A stretch of DNA of 63,978 bases, filler included, from Licmophora abbreviata (taxonomy: Eukaryota), in NCBI GenBank assembly GCA_900291995.1. It is 10 parts of 10 records of this genome, joined end to end, with 100 filler letters (N's around TTAATTAATTAA, not from the genome) between each part and the next. Parts side by side here need not be neighbours in the genome. Positions count along the whole stretch, not along the records: positions 1 to 14,254 come from OLMU01005257.1; 9 more parts are not named here. One strand, 5' to 3'. The position numbers and the translations under genes are program-made. The notes below the pieces were generated by a model. It searched no databases. It was not told where the DNA came from and was given only the letters and a program-made list of their open reading frames with translations. Positions within the stretch are counted from its first letter, which is position 1. The number at the start of each line of letters is the position of its first letter. Of the stretch, positions 1 to 13,615 are shown one piece after another.

Positions 1-69
1 GTAGACTGCATGTTGTGCGGTGAGCAACTGCGCGACGGACATGACTCACGACACCCGACACACCATCAG

Positions 70-490
70 CCACCACATTCATTCCATAACGTTCGGAGAA
101 CCTTTCCCATTATCACCGAACCCCTTGGTTGATACATCGCAGATAATTGAAAACGAATCGGGTGGGGTCGCACTCGCACATGTTACAGCGCGACTGATTC
201 CCACGCGGTACCAACGACTCTTGTCCTCGCGAGATACCTACCAAGTTTCGGTGACGGAACACGTTCTACAACCCGAAACCTTAGTAGCACACGGTAGCCC
301 CCATCTACCAGGTTTGGTAGTGATGTATGACTTCTCTCCCTTGGCCGTGCATCACGTCGAAGCGAGAGACAATCTCTTTGTATTCTTGAGCTCTCTGGTA
401 AGCATTGTTGGTGGAGTCTTTGTGACGGTCGGTCTCGTGACGGGATGCTTAGTGCATTCAGCCGCAGCTGTCGCCAAGAAGATTGACTAG
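70..490 (+). CDS. 3' exon of an ER-Golgi intermediate compartment protein (Erv41/Erv46/ERGIC3 family, COPII-coated ERV C-terminal domain); 5' part lies outside the window
   Basis: SHHIHSITFGE and PGLVVMYDFSPLAV..E.R.NLF.FLSSLVSIVGGVF match the ERGIC C-terminal domain. The C-terminal KKID is a di-lysine ER-retrieval signal. Probable acceptor CATCAG ends at 69. Confidence 0.85.
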
Positions 491-954
491 ATACATCTAG
501 CTACTACAGAGGGTATGCCGACACATGGTTCTTTTTCAGTGTAGCTTATTAGCAAGGCTGTACCCTGGTCCGAGAGGATCCTAGCCTAGCTGTTAGACTT
601 CTTCTAGGGTCTACCCGTACCGGTATCATACGCCTTCCGCAACTTTGAAATGACCTTTTTGTATCGTGATACAGATGGTGTCCAAACCGTTACTTATTTA
701 CATGACGAATATTCGACATTCCAATAAGCTATATATGTCTCATGCGCATTCTTCAGTCATGGTCGCCTGTCGTCGATGAGAGCGTCAGTTGGGCCGCATT
801 GCGGCGTGCTGTGACGACGCGGTGACAGCCACGACCTCCACGCCGTTCCTATCATTCCCAAGACACGCCGTTGACCGCAAGTGTTCCTTCAACGCATGTC
901 GTGAATCACAATCACCCGTAAAGGTCTGAACGATCCGTCTAGAACGCTCTCACC

Positions 955-3900
955 ATGGCATCTTATCTGCTAAAAAGCGTTTATTTTGTGACCCGGCCAG
1001 TGACCAAAGTTGGCGAACTTCTGCTGTACCCCTTTACCGAAGAAAAACAAGAAAGCGGCGAAATTTCCGAAGAACTTGGCAACGAGGATGAGGATGAGGA
1101 ACGCCTCCAGTCTGTGACTCTAGAGGGGAATCTGAGTTATCGCAAAGGGGGTGGATCTGGAAAGCGTTTTACGTGGAAACGGCGATACGTCGTCTTAGAC
1201 ATGACGGAAGGGGGAGGTCTCTCGGTGTTTCGTCTGCACGAACCAAGACCGATATTGCGACAGATGTATACGAAGCTGCATCGACAAATGAGTACAGGGG
1301 ACGTCAATATCCATCGAGTAGAGAGTCAGCACTCGAAGGATGTTCTTCTTCACATTCCGGCGAACGCGCCGTGGGCTGTGAAGGATGTACCAGACTCATC
1401 ATCTCTGTTTACACTTGAGATTTCCACGTCAGGGAGCCAGCACTTTCATTTTGACCAAGACGATCCGGATGATGGCTTAGAGGCTACGTCCATGGCGGAG
1501 GGTAGCTTTGTCACCAACGACTACTCTGAGTCACATGCGGATGATGGAATGGATGACTCCGTCAGACAGAAACTCGAAATGAGTCTGCAGAGAGCTAAAC
1601 GACTGCACAAGCCGATGCGCTTCTATTTTAAGTGTCCCCGAAAAGGCAACGAAAAGGCTCTGTGGCTTCGAGCGTTCAGCAAGGTCAACAGGCTATCATC
1701 GGAACAGAGTCATTTGAAGAAGCCGCTCTCGGCTTTGGCAAATGCATTGCTTATTGGAGACAGTCGGATTCGTACTCCGACAAGTGCCGCATTTGCGAGG
1801 GAAACACGACAGCTTGATCGATCTTTTGGGGCTTCTCCTAGCGTTGTCGCTCTGGATACGAGCGACGTGACCGACTCTTCACCTCGCAAAGGTCGAGTGG
1901 CAGGCACGGAATTCAAGGTACACCCGACCTATGCATACCCCCATGCTTGGATGACGCAGCAGGAGCTGAAGGCCGAAATGGAGCTGCCATCGACAAAATT
2001 TGATGACTTGAGACTCGCATCCCGGCGCGACGAGGAGATTGGTGTTATGAAAGTCGAAGTTCTCGAATGCATGGGGCTCCCAAAGCTGGATCGCGCTTCC
2101 GACACGGATCCGGTTGTTTACTTGGTCTGTGGGTCATACGCCTTCTCAACTGACGTAATCAAGGAGACATCCAATCCTATATGGCTTCGAAAGACGAAAC
2201 GAGCTTGCATATTTCCGATATACCATGGCTTTGCCAGGCTGTACGTTGGCGTGTTTGACGACGATCGAGGTGTCAGCGATGACTTTGCAGGGCGCGTCGT
2301 GCTGGACCTGGCGAGGCTTAGACCAGGATCACGCTACGATGTTACGCTGCCCTTGCGAGTCTCAACTCATGTGTATTCGAAACGACCCAGGGGTGCGATC
2401 CGGCTGCGATTTCAGCTAGACTGGAAGAGTGAGCGCGCGGCTCTTCTCTCATACATTCCAAAGAAAATCAATCTCCATCGGGACTTGAGCCGTTACAAGC
2501 CGCGGGAAGACGTAACGGTGATGTGTGCAGACGAAAAGTCGTTTCAAAATATTGCAATTACTGTGCACGGCTCTCACTTGCCTGGGAGATTTTCGTACAG
2601 TCAGTTTCGTGCTGTGCTGAGAGAGATCGCGCTCACCCGGAAAGCTGTCATGATGATTTTACGGCTGACGATTCGTGAGACAATCCGATGGGAGAATCCA
2701 GCGATTTCTTTACTTGTCTTCCTGGCCTGGATGCATTCTGTCTACGCTAACCAGTTTGCTCTTGCACCAGCTTACTTCGTTTGCTTCCTGCTGGCTCAGC
2801 TGGTTCGCTGCTACGCCAAGTTTGGGATTGACGGGCCTGCTCAGCTTGGCTTCCTACCTCCGACGTGGGAGGAGCTTCTAAATGCGGTCCTCGTAGACGC
2901 GGGGTCTGAATCGTATTGCATTGAACCGCTTGACTTGCGAAACTTTAACGAATCGCCACGTTCTACTGCCAACGCTTCCCTCTCGATGATGCCGTCACTC
3001 AGCGGATCGTCGGTTCACACGACAAGTAATGGTTTTACCCAGACAAGCCCTCAGGTGTCCACGCATGAACCCAAGCTTAAGAGTCTCCTTCGTCTGTGGG
3101 GCTTCCTCGATGATCGCGATCACGACCCTCTCAATACTCACTTGGAATTTCCGTATGCTCGAAGTGCCGACTATCCAAAGTTTACCGTTGAAGACGGACT
3201 GGTGCCGAGGAACGGGAGAGGTCAAAAGGAGGCCAGAGCGGAGCGCAAACGGGCAAAGCGCGACACACTGCAAAGTAGGCGTGAGTCTTTCGTTAGTGTT
3301 GCAGTGGTTGTCCCTGCGTTTGTGAACTTTTGGAACTAGTCTCATATTTTCACGTTTTCTTCTACAGGAAAACCACCTCGTGGAACCATTGGTAGCCCAC
3401 GTCGTGGCCGATTGCCTTCTTCTGATGGGCTACTTTCGACTAATCAGTCGTACGATCTCTACACAATCCAGGATGTTTCGTTTGACGATTTGGAAAATAG
3501 CTTTTCGACGGTCGATGATGATTTAGGCACGACCTCTGAGCATTCATCGGTCATGCGAAGCCTCATGGAGAGGAGCGGAAGTCACGACGAATGGGAGGGA
3601 ACCGACCCTGGCCTAGTGGCAACCGATAGCAGTGATGCCTCACTGCTCGAGCCAGAACTGCCCCTCTTCATGCAGCTTCCCGAGCAGGATATTGACAAGG
3701 AAGGGGTGAGCTCTGGTAACAAGCTCACCGACGATCTTTCTGAAATCAAGTACAAAATGCACGAGTTGACCTGCCACCTCTTCCACGATAGGGCGTATAC
3801 TGTGAAGGACCCCGACGCCGTCTTTTTTGGACACGAGCATCGGGCATCTCGCAAGTCGGAATACGATGTACAGCGCCGCTTGGATAAGTCGTTGGGAATC

Positions 3901-4719
3901 GGGCAGTACTCGCACGCGAACCCGATCGTAGCAAGAATCGGACTGTATCTTGAGCCCATCATAGGCTCGGCACTGAGTTTTCTTTGCTTCTTTCGGGCTC
4001 TCTTCAATGTGTTTACTTGGCGAGACCCTTTCCTTTCCTTTTGGGTGTCGGTCCTTGCCTCGGCGGTCATTGTCATTCTATTCATCTTCCCATGGCGGCT
4101 ATTTTTGTTTGTTACGGGACTCCTTGTCGTCGGTCCACAGGTAAGAGAATCAAGTATGCGAGTCTTGAAGTGTATTGCCAGCAGAAGATATCTCACATGA
4201 ATCGTTGTCGCCGCTCTTGTGCAGAATTACATTTTTCGAAAGCTCCACGAGAGACGCGAACGAAACGCATTGGTCTCTTCAACACCCCCTGAGCCGGAGG
4301 AGCCGCCTGTCGATGTGGAGGAACTGCTCAAGCAACAACCTGTGGTCAAGGCACATGGTCAACGAGACGTGAAGCCCAAGAAGGTTGATTTGAAGACTAT
4401 CAATCGCCGAGAAATCCATCACGTCGTTGTTCCGTACTCGCCACTCATGTATCAACGCTTCTACGACTGGCCACCGGATCCACAGTACGCTCGAGTCAAG
4501 AAAGCAGAGATGCGACCGAAGAAGAAGCTTTTGCGAAGCCACGCCGTGGTCAGCGACGATACCTTCGCCAGACCGTCCCCCAAACGAAAATTTTCGGCCG
4601 GTCACGCGCCCACAGCCAGAGCACGAACTCTCACAGCAGACGACGTGTTGCTTTCGACTGGCACACACAATCATTTACGATCAACATCGGAACAACTGCC
4701 CGTCAAAAAGTACCAATAG
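955..4719 (+). CDS. PH + C2 domain multi-pass membrane protein (MCTP/PRT_C-like). Exons 955-3280, 3368-4140, 4225-4719
   Basis: PH-like N-terminus (LEGNLSYRK..WKRRYVVL; ..KALWLRAF), C2 domain (KVEVLECMGLPKLDRASDTDPVV; VFDDD..DDFAGRVVLDL) and C-terminal TM region (NVFTWRDPFLSFW). GTGAGT..TACAG and GTAAGA..TGCAG introns join three ORFs in frame. Confidence 0.8.
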
Positions 4720-4874
4720 TGGGCTCATAGAGAGAATAGCTAACATCAGCGTAAGAACATACATTAGAGATACACAACCTAATCGCATCTCCGCTGATGC
4801 CGGAATTTTACTGGTACTGCAAATCTCTCCTTTTTCTTCGCTAAAAGTGCGCGTCCCCATCACACATTTCATCA

Positions 4875-5223
4875 TCATGTCGTACGCAAAGGCGGCGATA
4901 CTAGTACGACGATGTCTCCACGCACGAATAGCATCCCAACCTGGCGTGTCGCCTTTTTAACAAGTTCCTCGTCTGTCTCCGCATCCACTTCGGTAGTGGT
5001 GACAGTTTCCTCCACTTCACCGAGAATCATATTGAGATGCTGGTCGTATGCCTGTAACAACAATAGAGAGATCGCAGTCAGATACGGCCAAAGGAGAGGC
5101 GAGGGCCCACAAGCATCAAGTCACACTCACATGAAGTCTCCCTCGAAGTTCTCGGTCATTTCGACACTTGACGTAGACTCGCTCGTCGATGGAGAGGCGA
5201 ATCAAGTCTAGAGGCTCCTCCAT
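4875..5223 (-). CDS. LSM3: U6 snRNA-associated Sm-like protein LSm3. Exons 5223-5131 and 5051-4875
   Basis: The spliced product [47 protein letters not shown]...[17 protein letters not shown] is canonical LSm3. GT..AG intron at 5130-5052. Confidence 0.96.
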
Positions 5224-5524
5224 TGTTTACAAATAAAAAGTAGAAAGAGCAGACGCAAAGCACCCAGGCTGATGTAGACGCCGCTGTTTTGGATAATGTC
5301 ATGGTCGGCGGATGAGCGCGGCAGCCGGATCTCCCCGAAGGTCGAGGGCGTCTGTGCGGCGTACGCACGGCGGAGAAAAGATGCGGCGCCGGTTTGGCGC
5401 ACAACGTTGCTCCCAATGTGCCGAGACATACACTGCTGACTTACTTTTTGGCCCTGCAACGCTCTAAATGGATAAAACAATTACGTATTCATGCTCTTGA
5501 AGCTAATTTATCGAATTCTCTCTC

Positions 5525-6358
5525 TCAATCCGAGAACGGAATACCGGCTGCAGCCAATCGTTCTTCATATGTCTTCTGCTTCGTTTCTGTGACTTCGACT
5601 TGCTGTTCTCCTCCGCCACTCTCGTCTACCTCTTCTTCCTCTGAAATGACGCCCGTCACTTCGGGAATGTAGTGCATGAGCATATTTTCGACTCCATTCT
5701 TGAGTGTCACACTGCTGCTCGGACATCCCACGCACGACCCTGCCAATCGGACAGTCACAAGACCAGTACCCTCCTCGAATCCCACATACCGAATATCCCC
5801 TCCATCCTCCTGCACTGCCGGCCGAATCCTTGACTCCAGAAGCTCCTTAATCATGGCAACAATCTCATCGTCATCCTCGAAAATTGTCGTATCCGTCACG
5901 AGCGCTGCTTCGGCGACCGCTGGCTGGTTCGATTGGTAAAAGTCCATGATTGTCGAAAAGACTTGCACCTTGACATGAGTCCACTGATTCTCGGCATATT
6001 TGGTAATGGTGACAAAGTCACTTCCAAAGTACACACTCTTGACTCCATCCACGGCAAACAGCGCTTTGGCAAGAGGCGATCGTGCGACATCTTCCTTGTC
6101 CGAGCGAGTCGCATAGAAGCCGTTTCCAGATGCCGCTTCGCCTTCACTCTCTTCCAATACAACACGACCCGGAAGAAACTTGAGGGATTCGGGATTGGGG
6201 GTTTCTTCTGTTTGAATAAACATGGTACGAATCTGCTGTTGAAGACGAGACAAGGGTGCGGGAGCAGGCGCATGCCACGACGACGATGCACCTGGGTGGC
6301 GTTGTGCGGCTCCTCGTACCGCCGAATTTAGCAATCTGGATGCTCTGGACGCTAACAT
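5525..6358 (-). CDS. NFU1: Mitochondrial NFU1 Fe-S cluster scaffold
   Basis: Arg/Ser-rich presequence, then [19 protein letters not shown] (Nfu_N) and [37 protein letters not shown] (NifU CxxC). Confidence 0.96.
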   Translation of the reverse strand: MLASRASRLLNSAVRGAAQRHPGASSSWHAPAPAPLSRLQQQIRTMFIQTEETPNPESLKFLPGRVVLEESEGEAASGNGFYATRSDKEDVARSPLAKALFAVDGVKSVYFGSDFVTITKYAENQWTHVKVQVFSTIMDFYQSNQPAVAEAALVTDTTIFEDDDEIVAMIKELLESRIRPAVQEDGGDIRYVGFEEGTGLVTVRLAGSCVGCPSSSVTLKNGVENMLMHYIPEVTGVISEEEEVDESGGGEQQVEVTETKQKTYEERLAAAGIPFSD

Positions 6359-6828
6359 GACAGTGTAAAAAGAGAATAAGAGACTAAAGAGCGACCTTGA
6401 CGAAGAAAGCAACAACAGTCTCGTTTGGTTGAAGCCTTGTGTTGTTGCCGCGTTTTTTAGTTTTTTGTCTTTTTGCGCGTGTGTTCACGCGGCGCGACGC
6501 CTTTTTGTCGTCGTGCGCGTGAGATTGCGTTCTTCGGAATTCCGAGCAATTTCGACTCTGGCCGTCGTCCGATCGAGTCGAGTCAGTCGAGTCGCGCCGG
6601 TCTGTCGCGTCGTCGTCGGACTCTGAAGATGGCACAACAAACAGCGGCAGTGTGCTCTCTCCCGTCTGTAGCAAAGCGGAGTGTTTCCTGGTGAGAAACA
6701 GAGTAAGCCACAAAGGCAGACGATCTGTGGGGGAATAAAGAATTGAACCGAGACAACGCGAAAGCGAAATACTCGAGCCGACTGTCATACACAATCACCG
6801 CTGTGAAGCTACGGCAGGAGCCCGAGGC

Positions 6829-9800
6829 ATGGATTCGTATCCTGGTGACTTGCTGGCCGGGGTCTTCCCCTTGGTCTTTGCAGTAGACGCAATCACCTCA
6901 TCTCCGACTGCAGCGCTCCAGGAGACCTCAACCGATGAAAATCCAGGAACTCTTTCGCCCTCATCCTCGACTCGCAGTTTGTTCGATCGTTTTCTCGATG
7001 CCATTGCCGCCAGTCTCGTCGACGACGAGGCGGACGATGCTAGTGCCACTACTGCACGATCCAAGAGTGGCAGCGAAACCTTATCATTGCTACTGCGCGG
7101 TGACGACGATGAGTCATCCGATGAGGAGGACGTATCGCTGCGTGGCGCACGTCGCTCGTCGCCCTTTATGAGACGACATGCCTCCAATAGTAAGAGTACC
7201 TCCTCCTACGCCAACTACCACTCCAATGAAGGATTCTTTCAGCGTGCGCGGATTTTGTCGATCAGTACGAGACATGGCTTTCCGCCCAGTAAGGATCCCG
7301 AAGGAACGCAAAATCGCGCATTGCTACTGGCGCAGGCGCGGGCAGGGACTTCTCGACAAAAGAAGACTCTCGAATTGACATCGATTGAAGGCATTCTACC
7401 TGCAGGGTGGCTGGAAAAGCATGTCCACGCGCTACCTTCGGCACTGCTAGTAGTAACGAGCCTTTCTCAAGAGGAAGAGCAGGATGAAGCGAACGATGAG
7501 CACTTGCTCGAAACTATCGAACACTTGCAGGAATCATTGGCACAGAAACGAGAATGTCACATTCACGTCGTTTGCTTGATTGAAGACATGGCTAGCATCT
7601 CCCAGAGTCGCATTGATACCTGGTTTGATCATATCCACGCCAACTCGAGTATTGGTTCCTCGGAAATTTCGATGCTGAGTCTGGACGACTTGCTGCCCTC
7701 GAGCTCAAGTTCTCCCGCCCTGCGTGGGTTGCACAAAACGGTTCGAGATGCCAGTCTGGCATACTACTTGCGACAGGCACGACGGGCTAAGCGTAAACAC
7801 ACTCTCTTGGGACACGACCGTCAGCCCAATTTACTGCCATTGGCAGTGCGGTACTGTTTCAAGATTGGCATCTTTTACGAGTTCCAACTGAAGCATGCCA
7901 AGAGTCTTAGATACTTTGCCGAAGCCTATCGCCATGTCGAAACGTACTATCGGTACTTGCAAGGCATTGGCCCTAAACTGTCGACTGCCGAGCGTGATGT
8001 TGTGGTGAATCCGCAGGCGGACGATACGGTGGAAATGACCCTGCCGAATGAGTCGGAATCAAGGGTCGAAGACGATGATGACCAGGCACGTACTTATCCA
8101 CACGTCGGTATCGACAAGGAAGAAGAAGAAGAAGAGAACGAAGTTGAACTCAGAAGCGCAGAAGAGACAGTCCCAACTGAAAAGAATCTAAAACAAGAAG
8201 ACAACGAGACCCCTGATGATATGGCCCACCAATGTCGAGCCGTGGCCGACTGGCTCAACTTCAAGCTCCTGCAGGCAGGATTTCTGTCGTCTGCCTACAC
8301 GGAGTCACCCGATGGCATTCTTGCTGCTGCATCTCAATGGAAACGACACTCACAGTGCTTTTTAAGAAAGGACAAGTTGAATCCTGGATGGAACCACTGG
8401 CTGTACGTGTCACAGCAGCGTCTGGTCATGTCGCAATTGGTCGAGCGTCATAAACCGCGATCCGTGGAAGGGCTCTCCGCGGAGACTTTGATCCGCTGCA
8501 GTGCGTGGAGGACTTATCAAGCGGTAGTGGAAGCAACCTTGCGCCTGGGAAAGGAGTTGAGCGAGGAACAACCCAAGAGTGCTGCTCGATCGGATGCGGC
8601 AGGCTCAGATAGATCTGGAAGTTTGAGACAGCGCTACGTTGGAGACCTTGACAGCGAAGGCCTGGCTCCTCGCTTGGAGGCGGAATCCAAGAAGAATCAT
8701 ACAGGTAGGAATGTTCGCGGGACTCATATGTGCATTGCGAAGTTGCTAACACAGCTGTACCAACATCGTTGCGTCTCTGTCAGCCCTGGCTCTTGATTTG
8801 GTCCTTCGTGCTATTGCACTTTATGAGAGCGAGGTCGAAACAAAGCGAGCGTCAGAGGAAGAAGACTCCAAAGTGCTTCTTCTCTCCGGTGCGCGCCTGT
8901 ATTATCTTGCTGGCGGAATTTTGCTCGGTGCCGCGCGCTCCAAGCAAGCCATCCCCCATCTGGAAAAGGCTATTCGATTTGCCTCCGGTTGGGATGGCCT
9001 TGAATCGGTAACTCGCCGCATGCTCATTGCTTGCTACGAAAAAGATGGTATTGAGCGCGGCGACTCCCTTGGAAGTGAGGCATCGTCATTTGTTCTCAAT
9101 AACCTATACAACGCAGGAGCGTCCGCTGACACCTTAAAAGACATCATTGATCAATACGCAAACTCAAATGAAAGAAATCCTCTCAAGTGGCATCACTCAT
9201 ACATCAACGAATCGGACTCCTCGATGCCGGTATCATTTTCAGTTACGTTCCCTGGAGCTACCCACGCAACGGCTGGGGATACCGCGAAGGCGACCGTTAC
9301 TCTCATGTCAAATTTGAATTATCCAATCCGTGTGTGCTCACTTGGCTTACTGAGCTCAGTGGATCGCATCGACGTCCCGTCGTCGGACCTTCTGACTGCT
9401 CAGAATGTCGCCGTCAGCGGTGACAGCGTCGTGGTCCACCCCGGCACAGTGGTGGTCGTATCGACAACGGTTGCCTTACCGAGAGACATCAAGAAGATCG
9501 TGGTGGGCGAATCCAGCAGTCCTGAGAAGGAGGCGATACCCGGAAAGGGCATCTCAGCGAAGAGTGCAAGGCCACGGACGGCTGGGATATCTGCAGCCGG
9601 TAAGTAGGCAGGTCATGGTGATCATCTTTCCATGACGCTATTGTATGGGTTTCTGACCGTAAACATTGTTCCACTTCCCACAGCCGGGGCACGCCTCGTC
9701 TCCGAGAAAGACTTCGGCTCTGGACCCAGCGCTCAATGGAGCCTCAGCTGCCTCGGCGGAAGAGCTTTGCGATGCGATGGTATTCGTCTGATGTTTGCTC

Positions 9801-11637
9801 CTCTAGCCTCGAAAGGAGGCTCTGTGCCTTGCGAAACATCTGTGATTGAGTTGATTGTTGAAAATGAGACACCGGAATTGCCATCATACGCAAAACGGAC
9901 GCCATTCGAACTCGACAACTACGTGTGCCTGGCTTGGGCCCGCACTTCGTTCACGTCTCTTACAAGCGGCCCTCGCTGCCTTCGTGTACATGGGCCGATG
10001 CCAAAGATGACTGTTACAAATATGACAAACTCGATTGTCGACGAGAAGGCGTTGGAGGGAACAGTCAACCGTATCCTTCTGAGATTGAAGGCCGGGGAGA
10101 ACGAGATCTGCAAAGATGTCAAGTACACAGTCGCCTGCTCGAGCACTGTGTTGTTATTGGACGGAACAACACGAAATTTGACGCAAGAGGAGGAACCTCC
10201 ATCCCCAGGCAGGAGGGCTGAGGTCGACCCTACGATCATGCGCACACCAGTCCTCGTTGGAACGACACACACCGCCAGAACAGATGCCAACGATTGTGGT
10301 TTCCACTTGCCACCGGGCTGGAATCTCGTTGGAAACGGACAGAAAATTGACAACGACGACGCGTTAGAGGTCGTCTCCTGTTTGACTGGGGGCGAGGAAA
10401 CATTCATTGAACTCGATCTTTATAGACCCGCACACTACGTAGATGGGCTGGTCTCTTTGAGTGATGGTATCTGTCAGACTGATTTTGATATTTCCGTGAC
10501 ATACCGCCAGACAAGAAAAGTAGTTTCAGAAGATATTTCCGATGCTCAAACGGAGTCGGCGCTTGAAACTGATGTATCAGATGTCGTTTCACTGGAGCAC
10601 AGCGGTTCTGTCATCTGGACCTCGCCGATCTCGGCCGTTTTTAGGTTGTCAGGTTTGAATAGAGCCTTTCCATCCGGAAGTCGTCATCCTACGAATCTTT
10701 GTCCACAGGAGTCTCTACAGGCACCACAACTCGGATCCTCTACGGACCCTGCAGATTCTGAAATTTCTTTGATTGACGGCGAGCAAGTCAGCGCGAAGTG
10801 TGTGGTTAAGGGCAACGACAGTCTTGGTGTAGCTGTAACAAAGATGAAGTTTGAGGTGAGTGTTTTCGGCTTGGCGTATTCCGCTCCGGTCGGGTTGGAC
10901 ATGACTAACCTTGTTTTGTCGCTCAACTGTAGAACTGGAACGACCTATCTGAGGATGAAGACAAGGCATGTACCTTCCGTCACGTGTCGGAAGGCACCGA
11001 GGACAACGTGCTCTACACGTCGACGGGAGGAGAGCTCACTGGTCAGCTGAGAAAGGGCACAGAACTCGGTGTCACATACACGGTCGAGGCCAATGTGCAC
11101 ACCGAATACAAGAAGGGCGGTATCACAACTTCTTTGGGCGCCATTTCTGTGCTGTGGAAGCCACTGCCGACACCCCTACCGGAAGGCGTGGCTGGAGGCA
11201 TTGTTCACGGCCCACTCGTCTTGGACGAACCTTCCGAAATGAAGTTCCGCGGTCCTCCCTGCTACGTGGAAAGTGCCCCATTCGAAAGTGTCCTGCAAGC
11301 GCTCCCCACTCCCCCTCGCGTCGCAACTCCGTTCGAAATGTGCTATCATATCTCCAACAAGACTGGCGTTCACCAGAAACTTTCGGTGCGTATGAAGGAT
11401 TCAACCGACACGGACAGTCAAGCCTCCCCCGCGGACCAGGGAATCTTGGTGTCGGGGTTGGTGCAGGGAGAAATTCGCTTAGCGCCCTACGAGACCCAGA
11501 CGCTGTTGTATACAGCCCTGGCGATGCGCGCCGGAAAGACGATGCTTCCCGCGCTAAACATTGCAAGCGATCGATACAAGACTTGGGTAGTGAATGGCGA
11601 TGCTGTTGCCAGCCGGCAGCTCTATGTGCTTCCTTAG
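6829..11637 (+). CDS. TRAPPC11: TRAPP III subunit 11 (foie gras/gryzun-like). Exons about 6829-8704, 8784-9599, 9684-10855, 10933-11637
   Basis: N-terminal DSYPGDLL..PLVF, EGILPAGWLEKH..LPS, VRYCFKIGIFYEF and VADWLNFKL resemble TRAPPC11. Four collinear ORFs are separated by canonical GT-AG introns; the C-terminus looks like Ig-like beta domains. Confidence 0.85.
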
Positions 11638-11855
11638 ATAAACTATCCGGTTGTAACTTGAATGGAGAAGGCAATCAGCGCGGGCCTTGCTTCAAGTGCG
11701 TAGTCAACGCTGGAGACTATTGTTGACTAGTTAACTCTCTAGATCCATATGGGATCGGTAAAATGACCCTGTTTCCGTCCTTGTACCCCTATAACACTGA
11801 TTATTATCTACTACTCAACATAAAAAGAATAAAGATTCTTCACGCGTTTTCCAAG

Positions 11856-13208
11856 TCAGTCTTCGAACCGCACAATTTCACATTCCAAACTTTCCAAGTT
11901 GACCAAAACCACCTCTCCCGAAGAACTGAATTTGGGGACACATACCAGTCGGGTATTTTCACGAAAGGTATTGGTATCAAATTGCTTGCAGTTGCCACAC
12001 ACGTAGAGCTGAGGCGTCTCGGTCAGGACCATGGGATCCGTCTCTGCATGAGGTACCGTTGGAACCGAATCGGGTCCGGTGGGACAGACATGTCCCAATT
12101 CGAGTGTCTTCTGCATGGCTTCCAGTTCCGAGTAGGGTGTAAACAAAGTAGAGTCTTCTTTGGTTTCCTCGTCCTTCGTCTCCTCGTTCGTACCAACATG
12201 CAACAGACTCTGCTGCAAGTCCCGAACATTACGACCATCCGTCGCAAGGACCATACTTGAATGAAGTCCCGCCGCGTACGGATTCGGAGTGCGAAAGAGC
12301 AAGGGATGGCTTCCAAACGTTTCCGAGTACTTCAAAAGACTGCTGTGCAGAGGACGCTGCGGCCAGTTCGCCGTGGTGGGATCATCCTCGCCAGGCAGCA
12401 AATCGACGGGCACGCCGGCGGCACACAACTGCGCAATCCAACCGTCGAGCTCCTTGACGCCAAAGTCTGTCGCATCTGCGGACGTGCTGCCGCCCAGAAT
12501 GAGGATGCGGGAAATCTTGGCGGCGCCTTTGGCACTCAGCTGGCCCTGGACGTAGGCCAAGAGCATGTCGCGCGTCAGAGAGGATGCATTGGGATTGCCG
12601 CATTGCAAGCCTGACACGAGAAGAACGTGAGGAGCTGCGCCACTCGTAGTCGGAGGAGTAGTGCTGCCGGTAGAAATACTCGCCATGGGGGCTGGAGAAG
12701 GAAGATAGAAACGATCGACGTGAAGGATTCCGCCTTCCTTGACGGTCCCCTCGACGGCCACTACCGCGCCGGTACAATACTGGTGGACCTCGTCTGTTTT
12801 CAGCGTGACACGTCCACTCTCATCTTCGAGAATCAAGACGTCACTCGCACGACACTTGGTCGTCATTCCATCCTTGGATAGCACTATGGGCTGTTCCTCC
12901 ACGTCACCCTCCTTGACGAGCGTCCCAACCACAATGCTGGTCACGTCTTCGCGCAACTCCAAAACCCGCTGGACGCGAACTGCCTCGGCACGTTCCACGG
13001 CGGTCCAACAGCGCGGTTTCAGCATAGTGAGTCGTTTGGCATAGACGTGTGAATACTGACGCTGGTAGGGGTGCTGTTGCGAGGCGTCGCTGTTGGCACT
13101 GGAAATCTTGTTGCTGGTGCTGGCAGCAATGTTGGTTTGGAAGCGTTGCCACTTTGGAGTGTGAGCGGCGAAGGCTCTCTTTGGAGCAGGAGACGTAGAC
13201 ACAGTCAT
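11856..13208 (-). CDS. POLD2: DNA polymerase delta small (B) subunit
   Basis: YQRQYSHVYAKRL, LILEDESGRVTL, VDLLPGEDDPT..WPQRPLH, GHVCPTGPDSV and PQLYVCGN motifs. Confidence 0.95.
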   Translation of the reverse strand: MTVSTSPAPKRAFAAHTPKWQRFQTNIAASTSNKISSANSDASQQHPYQRQYSHVYAKRLTMLKPRCWTAVERAEAVRVQRVLELREDVTSIVVGTLVKEGDVEEQPIVLSKDGMTTKCRASDVLILEDESGRVTLKTDEVHQYCTGAVVAVEGTVKEGGILHVDRFYLPSPAPMASISTGSTTPPTTSGAAPHVLLVSGLQCGNPNASSLTRDMLLAYVQGQLSAKGAAKISRILILGGSTSADATDFGVKELDGWIAQLCAAGVPVDLLPGEDDPTTANWPQRPLHSSLLKYSETFGSHPLLFRTPNPYAAGLHSSMVLATDGRNVRDLQQSLLHVGTNEETKDEETKEDSTLFTPYSELEAMQKTLELGHVCPTGPDSVPTVPHAETDPMVLTETPQLYVCGNCKQFDTNTFRENTRLVCVPKFSSSGEVVLVNLESLECEIVRFED

Positions 13209-13615
13209 GGTAACGCGGTGCTGAGCTGTAAACAAGAAAAGAGTAGGAACAAGAGACAGAGACACACACAATCAAAGCAAGTCCACCCAAAGCGTCGATC
13301 ACAGCCGTCTGTGTGGCCATGATCATCTGCAGCACAGCCTTGTTTTCTAGTTCACCGCGCACGCCAGCACCCTCACAAAAATGGCGCGCCACGAGCTCTC
13401 CTCTGTCGCATCATCGAGAAAGCGCGCGCCGCTTGCGTCAGTCTCGCCATCATCATCGTAGCCATCCGCCAATGTGAATGTTGCCACAACGCAGTCTATA
13501 TACTGAGCTGTGGATGGTCTCCGTGACATAGTCGTGAAGCAGTGGAAGCAAAACGAGAAGCGCCTGACGAAACGAGGGCTCAAGCTTGTCTAATCTCCTT
13601 GAATCAGTCTCCATC

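Noticed and set aside
3582..4196. Long antisense or alternate-frame ORFs (also 13604-14254, 22169-22894, 48458-49198, 54442-55284)
   Set aside because: They are shadows of well-supported genes on the opposite strand, with no motifs of their own.
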